A stretch of 64,000 bases of DNA from the IMG/VR virus record IMGVR_UViG_3300046002_007411, positions 32,001 to 96,000 of that record. One strand, 5' to 3'. Numbering within the stretch: the stretch's first letter is position 1; every line of letters starts with the position of its first letter. Below are positions 19,409 through 29,623 of this stretch, piece by piece. Origin of the DNA: a virus. The notes under the pieces are model-generated. The model ran no database searches. It had not been told where the DNA came from and was given only the letters and a program-made list of their open reading frames with translations. Made by a program: the position numbers and the translations under genes.

Positions 19409-19738
19409 TTAAATCTTGCGTGATTTTTTAGCCATTTTAGCTACATGATCTCGCGCTTTTTCTGATTCATCAGCACTGGTAATAGATTCCGGGGTGCCAA
19501 CATCCAGATACACATGATCAGGTGTCACTCTCTTGACAAAATCAGCACCTGTTAGAGCGTTCATGACCCATTCCGGGCTAACGTCGTAATCTTGCCCGTG
19601 CAGTTCTTTCATGTGTTTGAGAACCAAGTCCATGCTTACCTTGCTGGTTTTATTAGCAAGGTAAGGTATGAACATCTGTTTCAAACTTTGTGCGACTTCA
19701 GTTTCAATGTCCTCGCACAAAATTTCACTAATACGCAC
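19409..19738 (-). CDS. hypothetical (probable head) protein
   Basis: GTG start giving MRISEILCED, just after the upstream gene's stop. Confidence 0.65.
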   Translation of the reverse strand: MRISEILCEDIETEVAQSLKQMFIPYLANKTSKVSMDLVLKHMKELHGQDYDVSPEWVMNALTGADFVKRVTPDHVYLDVGTPESITSADESEKARDHVAKMAKKSRKI

Positions 19739-19739
19739 G

Positions 19740-22700
19740 TTACAGGGTGCCCTGTAACTTGGTGATCTTTTTATCAAAGTCTCTGGGACCAAACATTTGC
19801 AAAACTTTGATATCTTTTGCATTTAAATCACGCCAAAATTTGGCATTGGCACGGCTTTCAAAAAACTTCTGCTGTTGTTGACCTTGCTGGTCTTGATAAG
19901 CCAATCCCCATGGTGCTTGTTTTTTAGCTTGCACCAGTTTGCGGATTTGCAGCACAGTGGCAACTTGTTCTTGTAGCTTGTGAATGCCTTGATTGCGATA
20001 AGCTGCCAGCCAAGTTTCAACTTTACGTTGATGTTGTTGAGCTTGGGCAATTTTACCTGCAACAACTTCACCTTCTAAACCGTAACCTACATTCAGGGGA
20101 TCAACTACAATGCCTTCGCTAAGCTGTTGTTTCCATGTTTGGCGATGTTCTTGAAGAGTTTTTTGCAAGCTACCAATGTGCTTTTTGAGTGTTTCCAAAC
20201 GAACTTGGTTGCGTGTATAGCTTTCTTCTTTTTTGCCAAACATTTTCCAAGCTGTTGCATACAAGACTTCTTCAGCACGATCACCGTATTGTTTGCGGAA
20301 CTTTTCTTTGTTTTGGCGTATAAAACGTTCGGCTTTTTCACCAGGAGGCGCAACTTCTTGCAACTGAGCTTCTGGTAATCCTGATGTTTTACGACGTTGC
20401 AGTTCCTTATTTGCGTTTGCGTCGCCTTTAGCAGCTAGTTGTTGCAAACGCTGATCGCTTGCAATGTCGTAGGGATTGCTTACACCAGTTGCGCTGGGCT
20501 TCATATCCAGGCTAGGAGTAGGTTGCGGTCCACGACGTGCAAGTTCTTGACGTGCCTTGGAATCACTAGCAGCTTTTTGCTTTAAACGATCATAGTCCAT
20601 TATTTCATAAGGATTTGCTCCCATTAAACTATTTTCTTTTAGTTTACCGTATGCAAGTGTAGGTGCAGCAGCTTGTGCAGTCCCTGTCCGTGGAATGTGC
20701 CCACCTCTGGTCCTTTGTGATTTTTCCGCTCCGCGTGCACGTTTTGCAGAACCCTGCGTAACGTTCCCACCACGTGCCAAAAACTCACGTTCCATTCTTT
20801 CCTGTTCTTTACGTTCGTCGGGACTTAGGTCTTCTTTCATACCCATGCCGTCATCTTCAGGATCTTCGTCACTGCCCCAGTCATCGTCCCATGCTTCTGC
20901 CAAGTCATTCTTTTTGCTGCGGCCTAGTGGTTCTTCAGCCCCCGGTGCTTCTGCAGGAGGTTCACCTAGTTCATCGCCATCAGGAGTTTCTTCGCCAGCT
21001 AATTCAACATCAGGGGCTGGTGCTTCTGCTTGTTGACCGGGTATTCCACCTTGTTGTAGTGTTTCAATGCTAGTGTCAACTTGTTCTTTTGTTTCAGTTG
21101 TAGTGCTTAATAGTGATTCCAAACTGGCTTTTACAGTGTCATTGAAACCTTGTGCAGCTTCAGGGCCAAACTGTTCGCGCATGACGTCTACCAAGGGCAT
21201 GAGATCTTCCACGCTCATCTTGGCAATCTTTTCAGCAGTTTGTTGAAGTTGATTGCTTAAATCTTTAGCTGCCAACAGTGTTTCTGCTTGAGCTAGGTCT
21301 TGCTGTTCCATGACCTTTGCACGGCGCAGGCGTTGCTCGGCAAGGTGGCGGCTTTTGCCAGCGCGGGCATCACTGAAGTGATCATCTAGGGCGTGCATTT
21401 CAAATTGCTTGTAGTCTAAATAATGCTTGGCGCTGCTAATGCATTCGCTTGCTGTGGTAAGCTTCATGGCCACCCAGCCTTCGAGATGATCTCCTGGCTT
21501 GATCATTTCAAACAACTTGGTGCTGTATTCCACAATCATCATGAGATTTTGGCGAGTAATACTTCCTGATGTTTCGCCAAGTTCCATGTCACCATCAAGG
21601 TCTTCAGGAAGTTGTTCAGGCTCAAAAGTCTTGTAATAGTCAAGGTAGTGATAAATTTTGTCAAGGTAGTTGGCTGACTTGGTCAATGCACCAGCTATCC
21701 AAGGCTCAATTTCTTCGTTAACTTGTATTTGATTCATCATGCTCATGGCATACTTGGCATTGCGATAAAGTTCGCTGCGGGTCATGCTAGCTTGATATTC
21801 ATAATGCTTGACATCAGTATGTGGGTCACGTTCAACGTCTACGTCAAACTCCAAACTGTCATGCATTTCTCCCAGCACATTTTCATCAACTTTTGCAAGT
21901 TCATCACGTGTGTCGCCAGTTACTTGGAAAGTCTTGCCAGCAACTGTGAAGTGTTTTTTACCTGATTTGATAGCGTCAAGGCGTGCTTTTACAAACTCAT
22001 TGCCTTCCGGTGTAACTTCACGACGACTGTGAATCATATCGGTTTCTTTTACTGACTTTTTAGCCTTTTTGTCCATGGGCTGCTCTTTCTCTTTTTCAAT
22101 TTCTTTTTCCACTTCCCAGTCGCCGCGACGTATTTCGGGATCACCGCGTAGCTCTTCACGCTGTGCTAGCAAAGCTGGGCCATAAAGCTCAACCCCTTTG
22201 TTGACTATACGTGTTTTGACTTTGTCAGTTACGTCATCTAACATGCCTGCTTGCTCCGCATGCCGCATGAGCTTGACAATATCACGCTCAAGTGTTGTCA
22301 GTTGGGTTGCTTGCTCTTTGGCAAAAGCTGTGCCCACATGCTGTAGTTTATCTGCTATAGTTTGCAGCGCAACAATGAACAAATCGCGTTGTTCTTGCTG
22401 TTGCTTTTCTTCATTGCTGAGCTTGCCAGTTTTACTGGGAGGAACAACATACATGGCAAACTGCTCAAGTTTGCGGGCAAATGCCAAACGTTGCTGTTCC
22501 TTGCTGACAGGAGCATCTAGGGATTCTTTTACAGTGGTTTTCTTCTTGCGTCCAGGACTTACTTCACGAAGAGTAATAGACAACGCTTCCAAAATCAGCA
22601 TGTTTTTAATGTATTCGGGATTGCTGAGATAGCTGTTGAAGCTGCTGTTTTCAATCACAGTATCCCGGGCCTGCTGTGTTTCCGAGATCATAGCATGTAT

Positions 22701-22811
22701 TTTGCTCTCACTGAGATTGTTTGGTAACTCAATACCATGAATACTTTTTAAAGTATGACGTAGTTGTTGTAGTCTATAAGTTGGAGTGGGGTCCAAGTAA
22801 TCAATAACCAT
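19740..22811 (-). CDS. large acidic modular protein, probable prohead core / internal head protein
   Basis: 1023 aa, internal repeats, many hydrophobic-x-E sites, perfect TATAAATA at 22850-22857. Confidence 0.6.
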   Translation of the reverse strand: MVIDYLDPTPTYRLQQLRHTLKSIHGIELPNNLSESKIHAMISETQQARDTVIENSSFNSYLSNPEYIKNMLILEALSITLREVSPGRKKKTTVKESLDAPVSKEQQRLAFARKLEQFAMYVVPPSKTGKLSNEEKQQQEQRDLFIVALQTIADKLQHVGTAFAKEQATQLTTLERDIVKLMRHAEQAGMLDDVTDKVKTRIVNKGVELYGPALLAQREELRGDPEIRRGDWEVEKEIEKEKEQPMDKKAKKSVKETDMIHSRREVTPEGNEFVKARLDAIKSGKKHFTVAGKTFQVTGDTRDELAKVDENVLGEMHDSLEFDVDVERDPHTDVKHYEYQASMTRSELYRNAKYAMSMMNQIQVNEEIEPWIAGALTKSANYLDKIYHYLDYYKTFEPEQLPEDLDGDMELGETSGSITRQNLMMIVEYSTKLFEMIKPGDHLEGWVAMKLTTASECISSAKHYLDYKQFEMHALDDHFSDARAGKSRHLAEQRLRRAKVMEQQDLAQAETLLAAKDLSNQLQQTAEKIAKMSVEDLMPLVDVMREQFGPEAAQGFNDTVKASLESLLSTTTETKEQVDTSIETLQQGGIPGQQAEAPAPDVELAGEETPDGDELGEPPAEAPGAEEPLGRSKKNDLAEAWDDDWGSDEDPEDDGMGMKEDLSPDERKEQERMEREFLARGGNVTQGSAKRARGAEKSQRTRGGHIPRTGTAQAAAPTLAYGKLKENSLMGANPYEIMDYDRLKQKAASDSKARQELARRGPQPTPSLDMKPSATGVSNPYDIASDQRLQQLAAKGDANANKELQRRKTSGLPEAQLQEVAPPGEKAERFIRQNKEKFRKQYGDRAEEVLYATAWKMFGKKEESYTRNQVRLETLKKHIGSLQKTLQEHRQTWKQQLSEGIVVDPLNVGYGLEGEVVAGKIAQAQQHQRKVETWLAAYRNQGIHKLQEQVATVLQIRKLVQAKKQAPWGLAYQDQQGQQQQKFFESRANAKFWRDLNAKDIKVLQMFGPRDFDKKITKLQGTL

Positions 22812-22892
22812 GAATATTTCCCTGCTGCCTGGGTATGCTAACTGATTTGTATTTATACACCGGCAGCAGAGAAATATATTTTTAAAATTCTA

Positions 22893-23540
22893 CTAGATTG
22901 GCAAGTGTTTTTTTAGTTGATCACGTATCTGTTGTGCGCGATCGCTGCTGGCTTGCATGCGGGTTTCGTAGAGTTGACGTTGATGTTGATCACGTGTTTT
23001 GCGACTGCGGATGCGGAACCTGTGTGCATCAATTTTATGACTGGTATAGGTATCATCTTGCTCAAACAGCTCGCGAACTTTCCAACTGTTGACCATTTCG
23101 CCTTTGTTTAACAGTCGTGCAACGCCCAACGCAGTTTCATAAAGACTGATGTCATTTGCTATTACTTGTTGAGTTTGTGTGTGATGGATACTGTAGTATT
23201 GTTTTCCAGCTAGGCGAGCAGCATCTTCATGAACAGCAATCTGCCAACTTCCCACACTTATTCCACGTGTATTACGTTGCTCTTGTAAAGCTTGGCGGAA
23301 TTCTTGGTTGGGCTCAGGATCTTGAACCAAATCATCAGTAATATGTTCCAGTCTAGAAAGCACATTATGCATGGCTTGCACGTCAGCTGACGTTATTTGG
23401 CCAGGACCTGCCAGTTGCACACTTTCATTCAGTGGTTTACTGGGATTTTTAGGAGAGGATGCTGCACCTGCAGGGGATTTGCCATCCATAATATCCAGCA
23501 GATTTTGCATGTAGTTGCGTTCTTGTTCGCCAACGGTCAT
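22893..23540 (-). CDS. hypothetical (probable virion) protein
   Basis: 215-aa ORF in late cluster, overlapping upstream gene. Confidence 0.7.
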   Translation of the reverse strand: MTVGEQERNYMQNLLDIMDGKSPAGAASSPKNPSKPLNESVQLAGPGQITSADVQAMHNVLSRLEHITDDLVQDPEPNQEFRQALQEQRNTRGISVGSWQIAVHEDAARLAGKQYYSIHHTQTQQVIANDISLYETALGVARLLNKGEMVNSWKVRELFEQDDTYTSHKIDAHRFRIRSRKTRDQHQRQLYETRMQASSDRAQQIRDQLKKHLPI

Positions 23541-23758
23541 GATTTATGCTCCTGATAACCATAGTAAATATGGCCCTGACTTTGCAGTCTTGTCAAGAGG
23601 CCACGCTGACAAAGTTGTCGGGCTATTTCCTGTTCACGTTCATTTAATGCTCGACGCAAGCAAACACCATTTTCACTTCCACGAACCCGTTCAAGTACAA
23701 CAGATTCTTCATTGCTAATGGGTTGCAGCACGCCTTGAGCTATTTCGATAAACTTCAT
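23537..23758 (-). CDS. hypothetical protein
   Basis: MKFIEI start; ATGA overlaps on both sides. Confidence 0.7.
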   Translation of the reverse strand: MKFIEIAQGVLQPISNEESVVLERVRGSENGVCLRRALNEREQEIARQLCQRGLLTRLQSQGHIYYGYQEHKS

Positions 23759-24156
23759 CTTGGTGTTGCACCAACAGGTGCAGGCTGCGCAGCGGTGGGT
23801 TTAACGGCTGTTTGTGAACTTTTTATAAAGTCTGCACCTATTGCACCCAATGCCGTAAGAGCTTTGGTTTTTGCTTGTGCTTGCACAGTTTGAAATGGCT
23901 GTGCTTGAGCATTTTGATAAATGGCACTCAATAACGTTCCAATAACATATAATCTAGCTGCTTCGGCATTTCCTTTGTATTGCGGAAGGTTAATGGCACT
24001 TTTCACCAACTGCGAAATTGTATTACTAGCAGCATCTTCTTGTAAAGTTTCTGCAGGTGTATCAACTCCAGCCAGCTGCAACATTCTACCCAAGGGGTCT
24101 AATGTGGTTAAGTTGCCCATTACCCCTTCATTTACGATGTTTTCTGATTGTGTCAT
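23755..24156 (-). CDS. hypothetical (probable head) protein
   Basis: AAGGA RBS, TAAATA at 24180-24185. Confidence 0.7.
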   Translation of the reverse strand: MTQSENIVNEGVMGNLTTLDPLGRMLQLAGVDTPAETLQEDAASNTISQLVKSAINLPQYKGNAEAARLYVIGTLLSAIYQNAQAQPFQTVQAQAKTKALTALGAIGADFIKSSQTAVKPTAAQPAPVGATPR

Positions 24157-24206
24157 AATGTTTTTCCTTGAACGTCAAGTATTTAGTTAGTGAACTTGAC
24201 ATCAAG

Positions 24207-24233
24207 AAAAAAGGGCGCAAAAGCGCCCTTTTC
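24207..24233 (-). terminator. intrinsic terminator
   Basis: aaaaaagggcgc-aaaa-gcgcccttttc; U-tract on minus strand. Confidence 0.85.
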
Positions 24234-24249
24234 TCCTAGTGGAAAAGTA

Positions 24250-25035
24250 TTACACGCCCACTGTGTTAAGCACAAAGCCTTGTGCTGCCATGGTGTTTGT
24301 AAGAGTTGCACTGCTTGTATTCCATGTTGTTACATAGGGTTGAACAGTGTTCTTGAGGTAGTAGTAGTTGGTTGCATCGGAACCTTGAGCACTTCCGCTA
24401 AGCACTTGAGCGCTTTGAGTGTCATATGCAGTAAGGCCATCCAATCCTTGGTAACTGCTGTTGCTTGCCAAGATGTTGTAACCTTGTGCATTTGTGTTGT
24501 CAGCAGCAGTTGAAGTACTGAAGTTGCTGTTAGTGCCAGCTGTCCACAGCAATGTCTTTTCTGTAGCAACGTGAACACTGTAGAAAGTTTTACCAGTTGT
24601 GTATGCGCTACCAAATACTTGTGTGGGTGTAGCAATGTTGTTGTAAAGCCCGTAAAATGCCCACAAAGTTGTTGTATTTGCATTGATTGCTGTTGCTGTG
24701 CCGGGAATGTTACCAGTTATGCTGTTAACACTAATGGCAACTGGATTAGCACGGCCAGAAAATGTGCGGATCAAGTTGTCAAGATTGGTTTGCTTGTAAA
24801 AAGCATCTAGATATGCATTCAATGTGGCATAGCTTGTTGCGGTACCGCTGCTGTCTGTAACAGACACTGTGGTCCACACGCCGGTGCTAGCATATGTTTG
24901 ATAGCTGGGCAGATCAACTACTGGTGTTACTACATTGGTTTGTCCAACTGGCACAAGTGTCAACAGGGTGAAGAAATCCATGTTGCCAGTTAGGAACTCA
25001 CCTGCAAATGTAGATCCATTTACGCGATCAGTCAT
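24250..25035 (-). CDS. Thr/Ser/Asn-rich structural protein
   Basis: Own late promoter (25077-25082), AGGAG RBS and terminator. Confidence 0.7.
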   Translation of the reverse strand: MTDRVNGSTFAGEFLTGNMDFFTLLTLVPVGQTNVVTPVVDLPSYQTYASTGVWTTVSVTDSSGTATSYATLNAYLDAFYKQTNLDNLIRTFSGRANPVAISVNSITGNIPGTATAINANTTTLWAFYGLYNNIATPTQVFGSAYTTGKTFYSVHVATEKTLLWTAGTNSNFSTSTAADNTNAQGYNILASNSSYQGLDGLTAYDTQSAQVLSGSAQGSDATNYYYLKNTVQPYVTTWNTSSATLTNTMAAQGFVLNTVGV

Positions 25036-25108
25036 TGTTTATTCTCCTTGTAAGTGCAAGTATATTTTTGCATGAGTATTTATTAGGTTTGCCCAAATCA
25101 CGCGGGTT

Positions 25109-26815
25109 TCACACGTCTTGTCGGCGTTTGTAAAGAACAAAGTTCTCATGATGGAACAGGGAGTTTTCGGGATTGAAAAAACTTTGTTCATCTGTGTGGA
25201 TGAAATCCCCATCTATTTTGGTAATAGTGTGAGGTTTTTGATCTTTTCTGTCCCCCCATCTGGATATCACTTGATCCCCAACTTGAAATATATTCTTTCT
25301 TTTTGGTGCAGGCGCGTCTTCAGGAACATATCCAAACAAACTGGGCCTGCGATTTACTTGCCCCTGGGGATTTGCCATGCTGGCTATTGCACCAGCACTG
25401 GTTCCACCCGCACTTGCTGATTCTGAAACTGGTTTTCCAAATGCATTTAAGTTCCCGTTTTTGGCAACTTGAGTTTTTTGCCTGGTTATATTGTCAAGTG
25501 TTTTAGCATACTTGCCGGTATTTGCATCCGAGCGTGCTTGTATTTCTTTTTCTCTGGCGTCCAACTGTTTCCATTTTTCTATAGCCCGTGCTTGACTATT
25601 ACCATTGTCGGAAGCTTTTTTTAAAGCCTTTTCAGCAGCGGCACCTATTTGATGTCTAACTTCTTTTAGGTGTGTGGCATCCAGCAGTTGCACTAACTGA
25701 CCATCAACATATAGATTGTGCTTGATATTTCTACCAGGATTAAGACCTATCAAACGTTTGTGATATTCTAGAGCTTGGTCTTGTGTATCAAATGTTTTCA
25801 CAGCGTCATGCATTTTGCTTTCATTACCATCTTTTTTAACAGAAACAAGCTTAACTGGTTGCGATGCTGATTTTTTTCCAGCTCTCCACTTTGCCAAGTC
25901 ACTTTGTGCATGCTTCCAGCCTTTTATAGCTTCGGGTATATTAGTTTCTTCTCTAAAACCCCGCACATTTGATTGTCTAACCCAGTCGTCGGGTGTCATC
26001 TGATGCTGTGAGACAAACTCTTTATGCAGTTGATGCGGGCTGATCGACAACTTTTGGCAAATACCACGCATGATTTTGTCTATGTTTTCATAGCTGTGAT
26101 CTTGTGTTTTAGTCAATGCATGTTCAAGATCTTTAACGCCTTGACTGGCTTCTAGGTTTTCTTTCACAACTGGTAGGCGAGTCAGCAACTGCATGCGGTT
26201 GGCAGCACTGACAGGTGGTTTTTCTCCAGTAACAGGAGCAGGCCATTTTTGTTCTTGCACATAACGTCGCAAGCAGTTGCGTAGGTCACGCAAGCCTTGC
26301 GTGCGATGAATGTTTTCCCAAAGTTTCTGGCACACTGACCAGCGTGTGTCAGCATCAAGTTTCTGCCAGTTGGCAACATCACGACGTAGTTTTTTATCAG
26401 CAGTGCTGGTGATTTTATAACTGCTCTCCAACTGCAATAATCTTTGATTTTGCATGGACTGCGGATAGGTTACCTCACTACATGCATGCAGAAATTCGTG
26501 AGTAACACGGATCTGTTGGTCAATTTCGCTTTTTGTAAAATAACTTTTTTCGTCTCTAGCATGCTCACGTAATACTTCAGTATGCATGACATGCAAAAAC
26601 TCATACAAACCTGTGCTGTTGGCTATTTGCAGCGTGTTTTCTGCGTATTCTCTTATTACATGATGACTTTCTGGCTCTTGACGTAAAACATGCAAGGCAA
26701 GCAAGCCTTGGAAAATAGTATTAGAACACTCTGCAACATTAACTGGATTATTACCAGCCAAGCTTACTGTGGCATTTTGTGTTACGTATCGATTCAAATC
26801 TTGAAATAGTTTCAT
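25109..26815 (-). CDS. modular hypothetical (probable head) protein
   Basis: 568 aa; segments separated by xxKE/xxSE sites; ESASAGGTSAGAIAS motif. Confidence 0.65.
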   Translation of the reverse strand: MKLFQDLNRYVTQNATVSLAGNNPVNVAECSNTIFQGLLALHVLRQEPESHHVIREYAENTLQIANSTGLYEFLHVMHTEVLREHARDEKSYFTKSEIDQQIRVTHEFLHACSEVTYPQSMQNQRLLQLESSYKITSTADKKLRRDVANWQKLDADTRWSVCQKLWENIHRTQGLRDLRNCLRRYVQEQKWPAPVTGEKPPVSAANRMQLLTRLPVVKENLEASQGVKDLEHALTKTQDHSYENIDKIMRGICQKLSISPHQLHKEFVSQHQMTPDDWVRQSNVRGFREETNIPEAIKGWKHAQSDLAKWRAGKKSASQPVKLVSVKKDGNESKMHDAVKTFDTQDQALEYHKRLIGLNPGRNIKHNLYVDGQLVQLLDATHLKEVRHQIGAAAEKALKKASDNGNSQARAIEKWKQLDAREKEIQARSDANTGKYAKTLDNITRQKTQVAKNGNLNAFGKPVSESASAGGTSAGAIASMANPQGQVNRRPSLFGYVPEDAPAPKRKNIFQVGDQVISRWGDRKDQKPHTITKIDGDFIHTDEQSFFNPENSLFHHENFVLYKRRQDV

Positions 26816-27915
26816 TTTGAACTCTTGGCTAAAGTTTCTTGGGCTGATCGAACAGCTTGAGCAGCACTGCGATAAATGCCTGCTTGTGTTATATGATGAA
26901 CACGATCAGCAGGTTTTAACTTATTGATTTTGCTGAACTTTTCATGGTAATCTGCAAGCTTTTCATATTGTAGGGCTTTATCGCCTTGCTGCTCAGCTTG
27001 CTGTGCAGCTACTAAATCTTCAGTGTGGGCGCCAGCTGGTCCTTGGGGAGAAACCCCTTCTTTTACCTGTTTAGCAGCATAATAGTCATTAAACCAGTCA
27101 GCGTCTTTACTGCCAGCTGGGGGTTTGACCCAAACCTTATCAACTGGATTCCAATACACCCATCCTGAAGGTGCTTGTGGAGTAACAGGAACTTTCCAAA
27201 CTTTTGTTGGTTGACCTTTAATATCCACTACTAAATCGGGCTTCTGAGGATCAAAAGGTTTTTGGTCTTGTTGTGCAGCAGGTGCTGCTGCTGGAACAGC
27301 TGGCGATGTAGATGTTGCAGACGTAGTATTGGAAGATGCAGATGCAGGACTAGCTGCAGGGCTGCCAGCTGCGGCAGCAGGAGCATTAGCTGTGGTGCTT
27401 GCAGCAGGTTCTTTTTGTGAACCGTCGCCTAGCCCTTGCTTGGCTTGTGCTTGCACTATACCTTGTTTCAAAAGCCCTTTTACAATCGCTTGGCTTGTAA
27501 GTGCATCGTCATTTATATTGACGTTGTTTTTGATATTAGGTATGTTAAACTGCTTTTGAACTTTGGCAAAAACTTTATCAACATCTGCATCATCCAAGCC
27601 AATACGATTACTTGGTGCTTTGAAAAAATGACGCATGTTACCAAAACTTAATTCAGTCCAGTCTATGTTTTGACGCCCCATTAGTAATCCCAACCATTTG
27701 AAGTTTTGATTAACATAATGTTCAAGTTCGCGTCGTCCAGCACGTTGTCCAGCCCGTTTTTCTCGGCCAGCCCAACCAGTTTTCTTTTTTGACCAATAAG
27801 TTTGGGCTTTTTTTACCAAATCACCCAGGGCTTCATTTGTGTCTTGATGTTGTATTTCATCAATAAAATTTATATTTTTGCGAATGTCTTCATAAACAGC
27901 AAGTGATTGGGTCAT
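26812..27915 (-). CDS. hypothetical protein with Ala/Ser/Pro linker
   Basis: Start moved to MTQS; low-complexity linker. Confidence 0.7.
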   Translation of the reverse strand: MTQSLAVYEDIRKNINFIDEIQHQDTNEALGDLVKKAQTYWSKKKTGWAGREKRAGQRAGRRELEHYVNQNFKWLGLLMGRQNIDWTELSFGNMRHFFKAPSNRIGLDDADVDKVFAKVQKQFNIPNIKNNVNINDDALTSQAIVKGLLKQGIVQAQAKQGLGDGSQKEPAASTTANAPAAAAGSPAASPASASSNTTSATSTSPAVPAAAPAAQQDQKPFDPQKPDLVVDIKGQPTKVWKVPVTPQAPSGWVYWNPVDKVWVKPPAGSKDADWFNDYYAAKQVKEGVSPQGPAGAHTEDLVAAQQAEQQGDKALQYEKLADYHEKFSKINKLKPADRVHHITQAGIYRSAAQAVRSAQETLAKSSK

Positions 27916-27919
27916 GGAT

Positions 27920-28168
27920 TTACTTCTCTTGATTCTTATATTCGCTAATTTTGCGGGTGAACTTTTTGTCATCATTTGTCAACAACGCACGCTGAAGACG
28001 GCGAATCAAGTCATCTGCTTGATCTTGACTGTAAGTTATACGGATTTGTTCACAAAGATTTGCCATGTTGGCAACTAGATGAATAACACGGTTTTCTATA
28101 ACACTGTGTTTGTTGCGGCTGCCAATGTGCCGGTCAAGTTCTTCAAGAATGCTAGATTTAGACTTCAA
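27920..28168 (-). CDS. hypothetical protein
   Basis: 82 aa, TTG start, TAAATA at 28200-28205. Confidence 0.65.
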   Translation of the reverse strand: MKSKSSILEELDRHIGSRNKHSVIENRVIHLVANMANLCEQIRITYSQDQADDLIRRLQRALLTNDDKKFTRKISEYKNQEK

Positions 28169-28225
28169 AATAGTTTCCCATAAGCAAAAACATTTGCTTT
28201 ATTTATGGGAAACTGATGTAAAAAA

Positions 28226-29623
28226 TTAACGTCGTATCAAGCTTGTTAGCTTGCTGAGATCCTGCATTTTGCTTGCAGCAACTGGTGGTTGAGTATCTGA
28301 TTTGGGCGGAGGTTGTGTGCTTTTTCTACGAAGATCAGCCAGCACATCTGTAACCACTCCTGCCTGTGCCTGTTGCACTTGACCTTGATCTTCAAGATCA
28401 AATATTTTCAGTGTTGCTGGATCATAGCCCAAAAACAACTTGCTGCCCACGCCACTGCTGCTACGTGTTTTAATAAACTGGATTTGGTATTGTCCACGTT
28501 CTTTCATAGCTTGTGTGGCATAGATTGTGATAACATTGTCTGCTGTGTGGATTTTGCTGATACCACCAGCAATCATGCTTTGATCATGTTCCTGCTCGTT
28601 GATTGAACCGCGATTTAGCTGACTGGCTGTCATGCAAAGTATTTTACGCTCCACAGCCAAGCCGCGAAGCTCTTCGGCAACAAACTTGTCCTTGATAAAC
28701 AAGTCACTGGGATTGATCTTTTTGTTGTTGGGATACAACAAATCCAAATAGTCCACAATCAAGGCGTCTGCTCGCTGCCCGGTTTTAATCTCATATGCCT
28801 TGAGATAGGCTTTGATGTCGTTGGTTGTGCTGCCTTGTGGCATTTGCTTGATGTGAAAAGTTCCTGATGAACGACTGGTTTGCTTGACTTTGATTTCCAC
28901 GTCATCAAGTTTACGGAAAATATCAGTAGTTGCTACGCCAGTCAACATGCTGTCCACTCGCATGCTGGTTAGTTCTTCACTGAGCTCGAGACTGATATAA
29001 ATCACGTTGAGTTTTTGTTTAACAAAACTCAAACTGAGATTTTGCAAAAACAAACTTTTGCCCACACCGCTGGGTGCAGCCCAAATAGTGATTTCACCAC
29101 GATTTACACCACCATATAGTTTCTGATCAACAGTTTTCCAGCCTGTGCTTACTTGTCCGTTGTTGCTTTTGATACGATTAAGACGTTCGCGTGGATCGGC
29201 AAAGTAATCTGTGCCTACATCACTTACCAAACTAATGAGAATGGCATCGCGAACTCGTTTCTCTACTTCACCATAGTTGCCCTTTTCAATAAGATCCACT
29301 GCCGATAACACAGCTTCAGCCAATGCACGATTTTTACAAAACTCTTCAATTTCCTGCAAAAAGGCTTCAATATGATGTGTGTTGATATCAGGAATCAACT
29401 CAAAGTTACTTTGAGTCTCAACATTGAGTTGTTGTATTTTTGGTAATGCTTTATGATCATCAACATAGTCCAAAATATACTTGATGGCTTTGCGAAACTT
29501 TTGATTCCAATACTGTGGTTTGAGAATATTCTGACAGCGAATAAAAACTTCCTCACTGCTCATTAATATATCAATCAACAGCTTTTGCTTGGCCTCGCTG
29601 TATTCGTGTTTTTTAGAATCCAT
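28226..29623 (-). CDS. replicative DnaB-family helicase (gp41-like)
   Basis: STGW, APSGVGKS, YISLE, IVDYLDLL, TASQLNR, IKTR. Confidence 0.95.
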   Translation of the reverse strand: MDSKKHEYSEAKQKLLIDILMSSEEVFIRCQNILKPQYWNQKFRKAIKYILDYVDDHKALPKIQQLNVETQSNFELIPDINTHHIEAFLQEIEEFCKNRALAEAVLSAVDLIEKGNYGEVEKRVRDAILISLVSDVGTDYFADPRERLNRIKSNNGQVSTGWKTVDQKLYGGVNRGEITIWAAPSGVGKSLFLQNLSLSFVKQKLNVIYISLELSEELTSMRVDSMLTGVATTDIFRKLDDVEIKVKQTSRSSGTFHIKQMPQGSTTNDIKAYLKAYEIKTGQRADALIVDYLDLLYPNNKKINPSDLFIKDKFVAEELRGLAVERKILCMTASQLNRGSINEQEHDQSMIAGGISKIHTADNVITIYATQAMKERGQYQIQFIKTRSSSGVGSKLFLGYDPATLKIFDLEDQGQVQQAQAGVVTDVLADLRRKSTQPPPKSDTQPPVAASKMQDLSKLTSLIRR

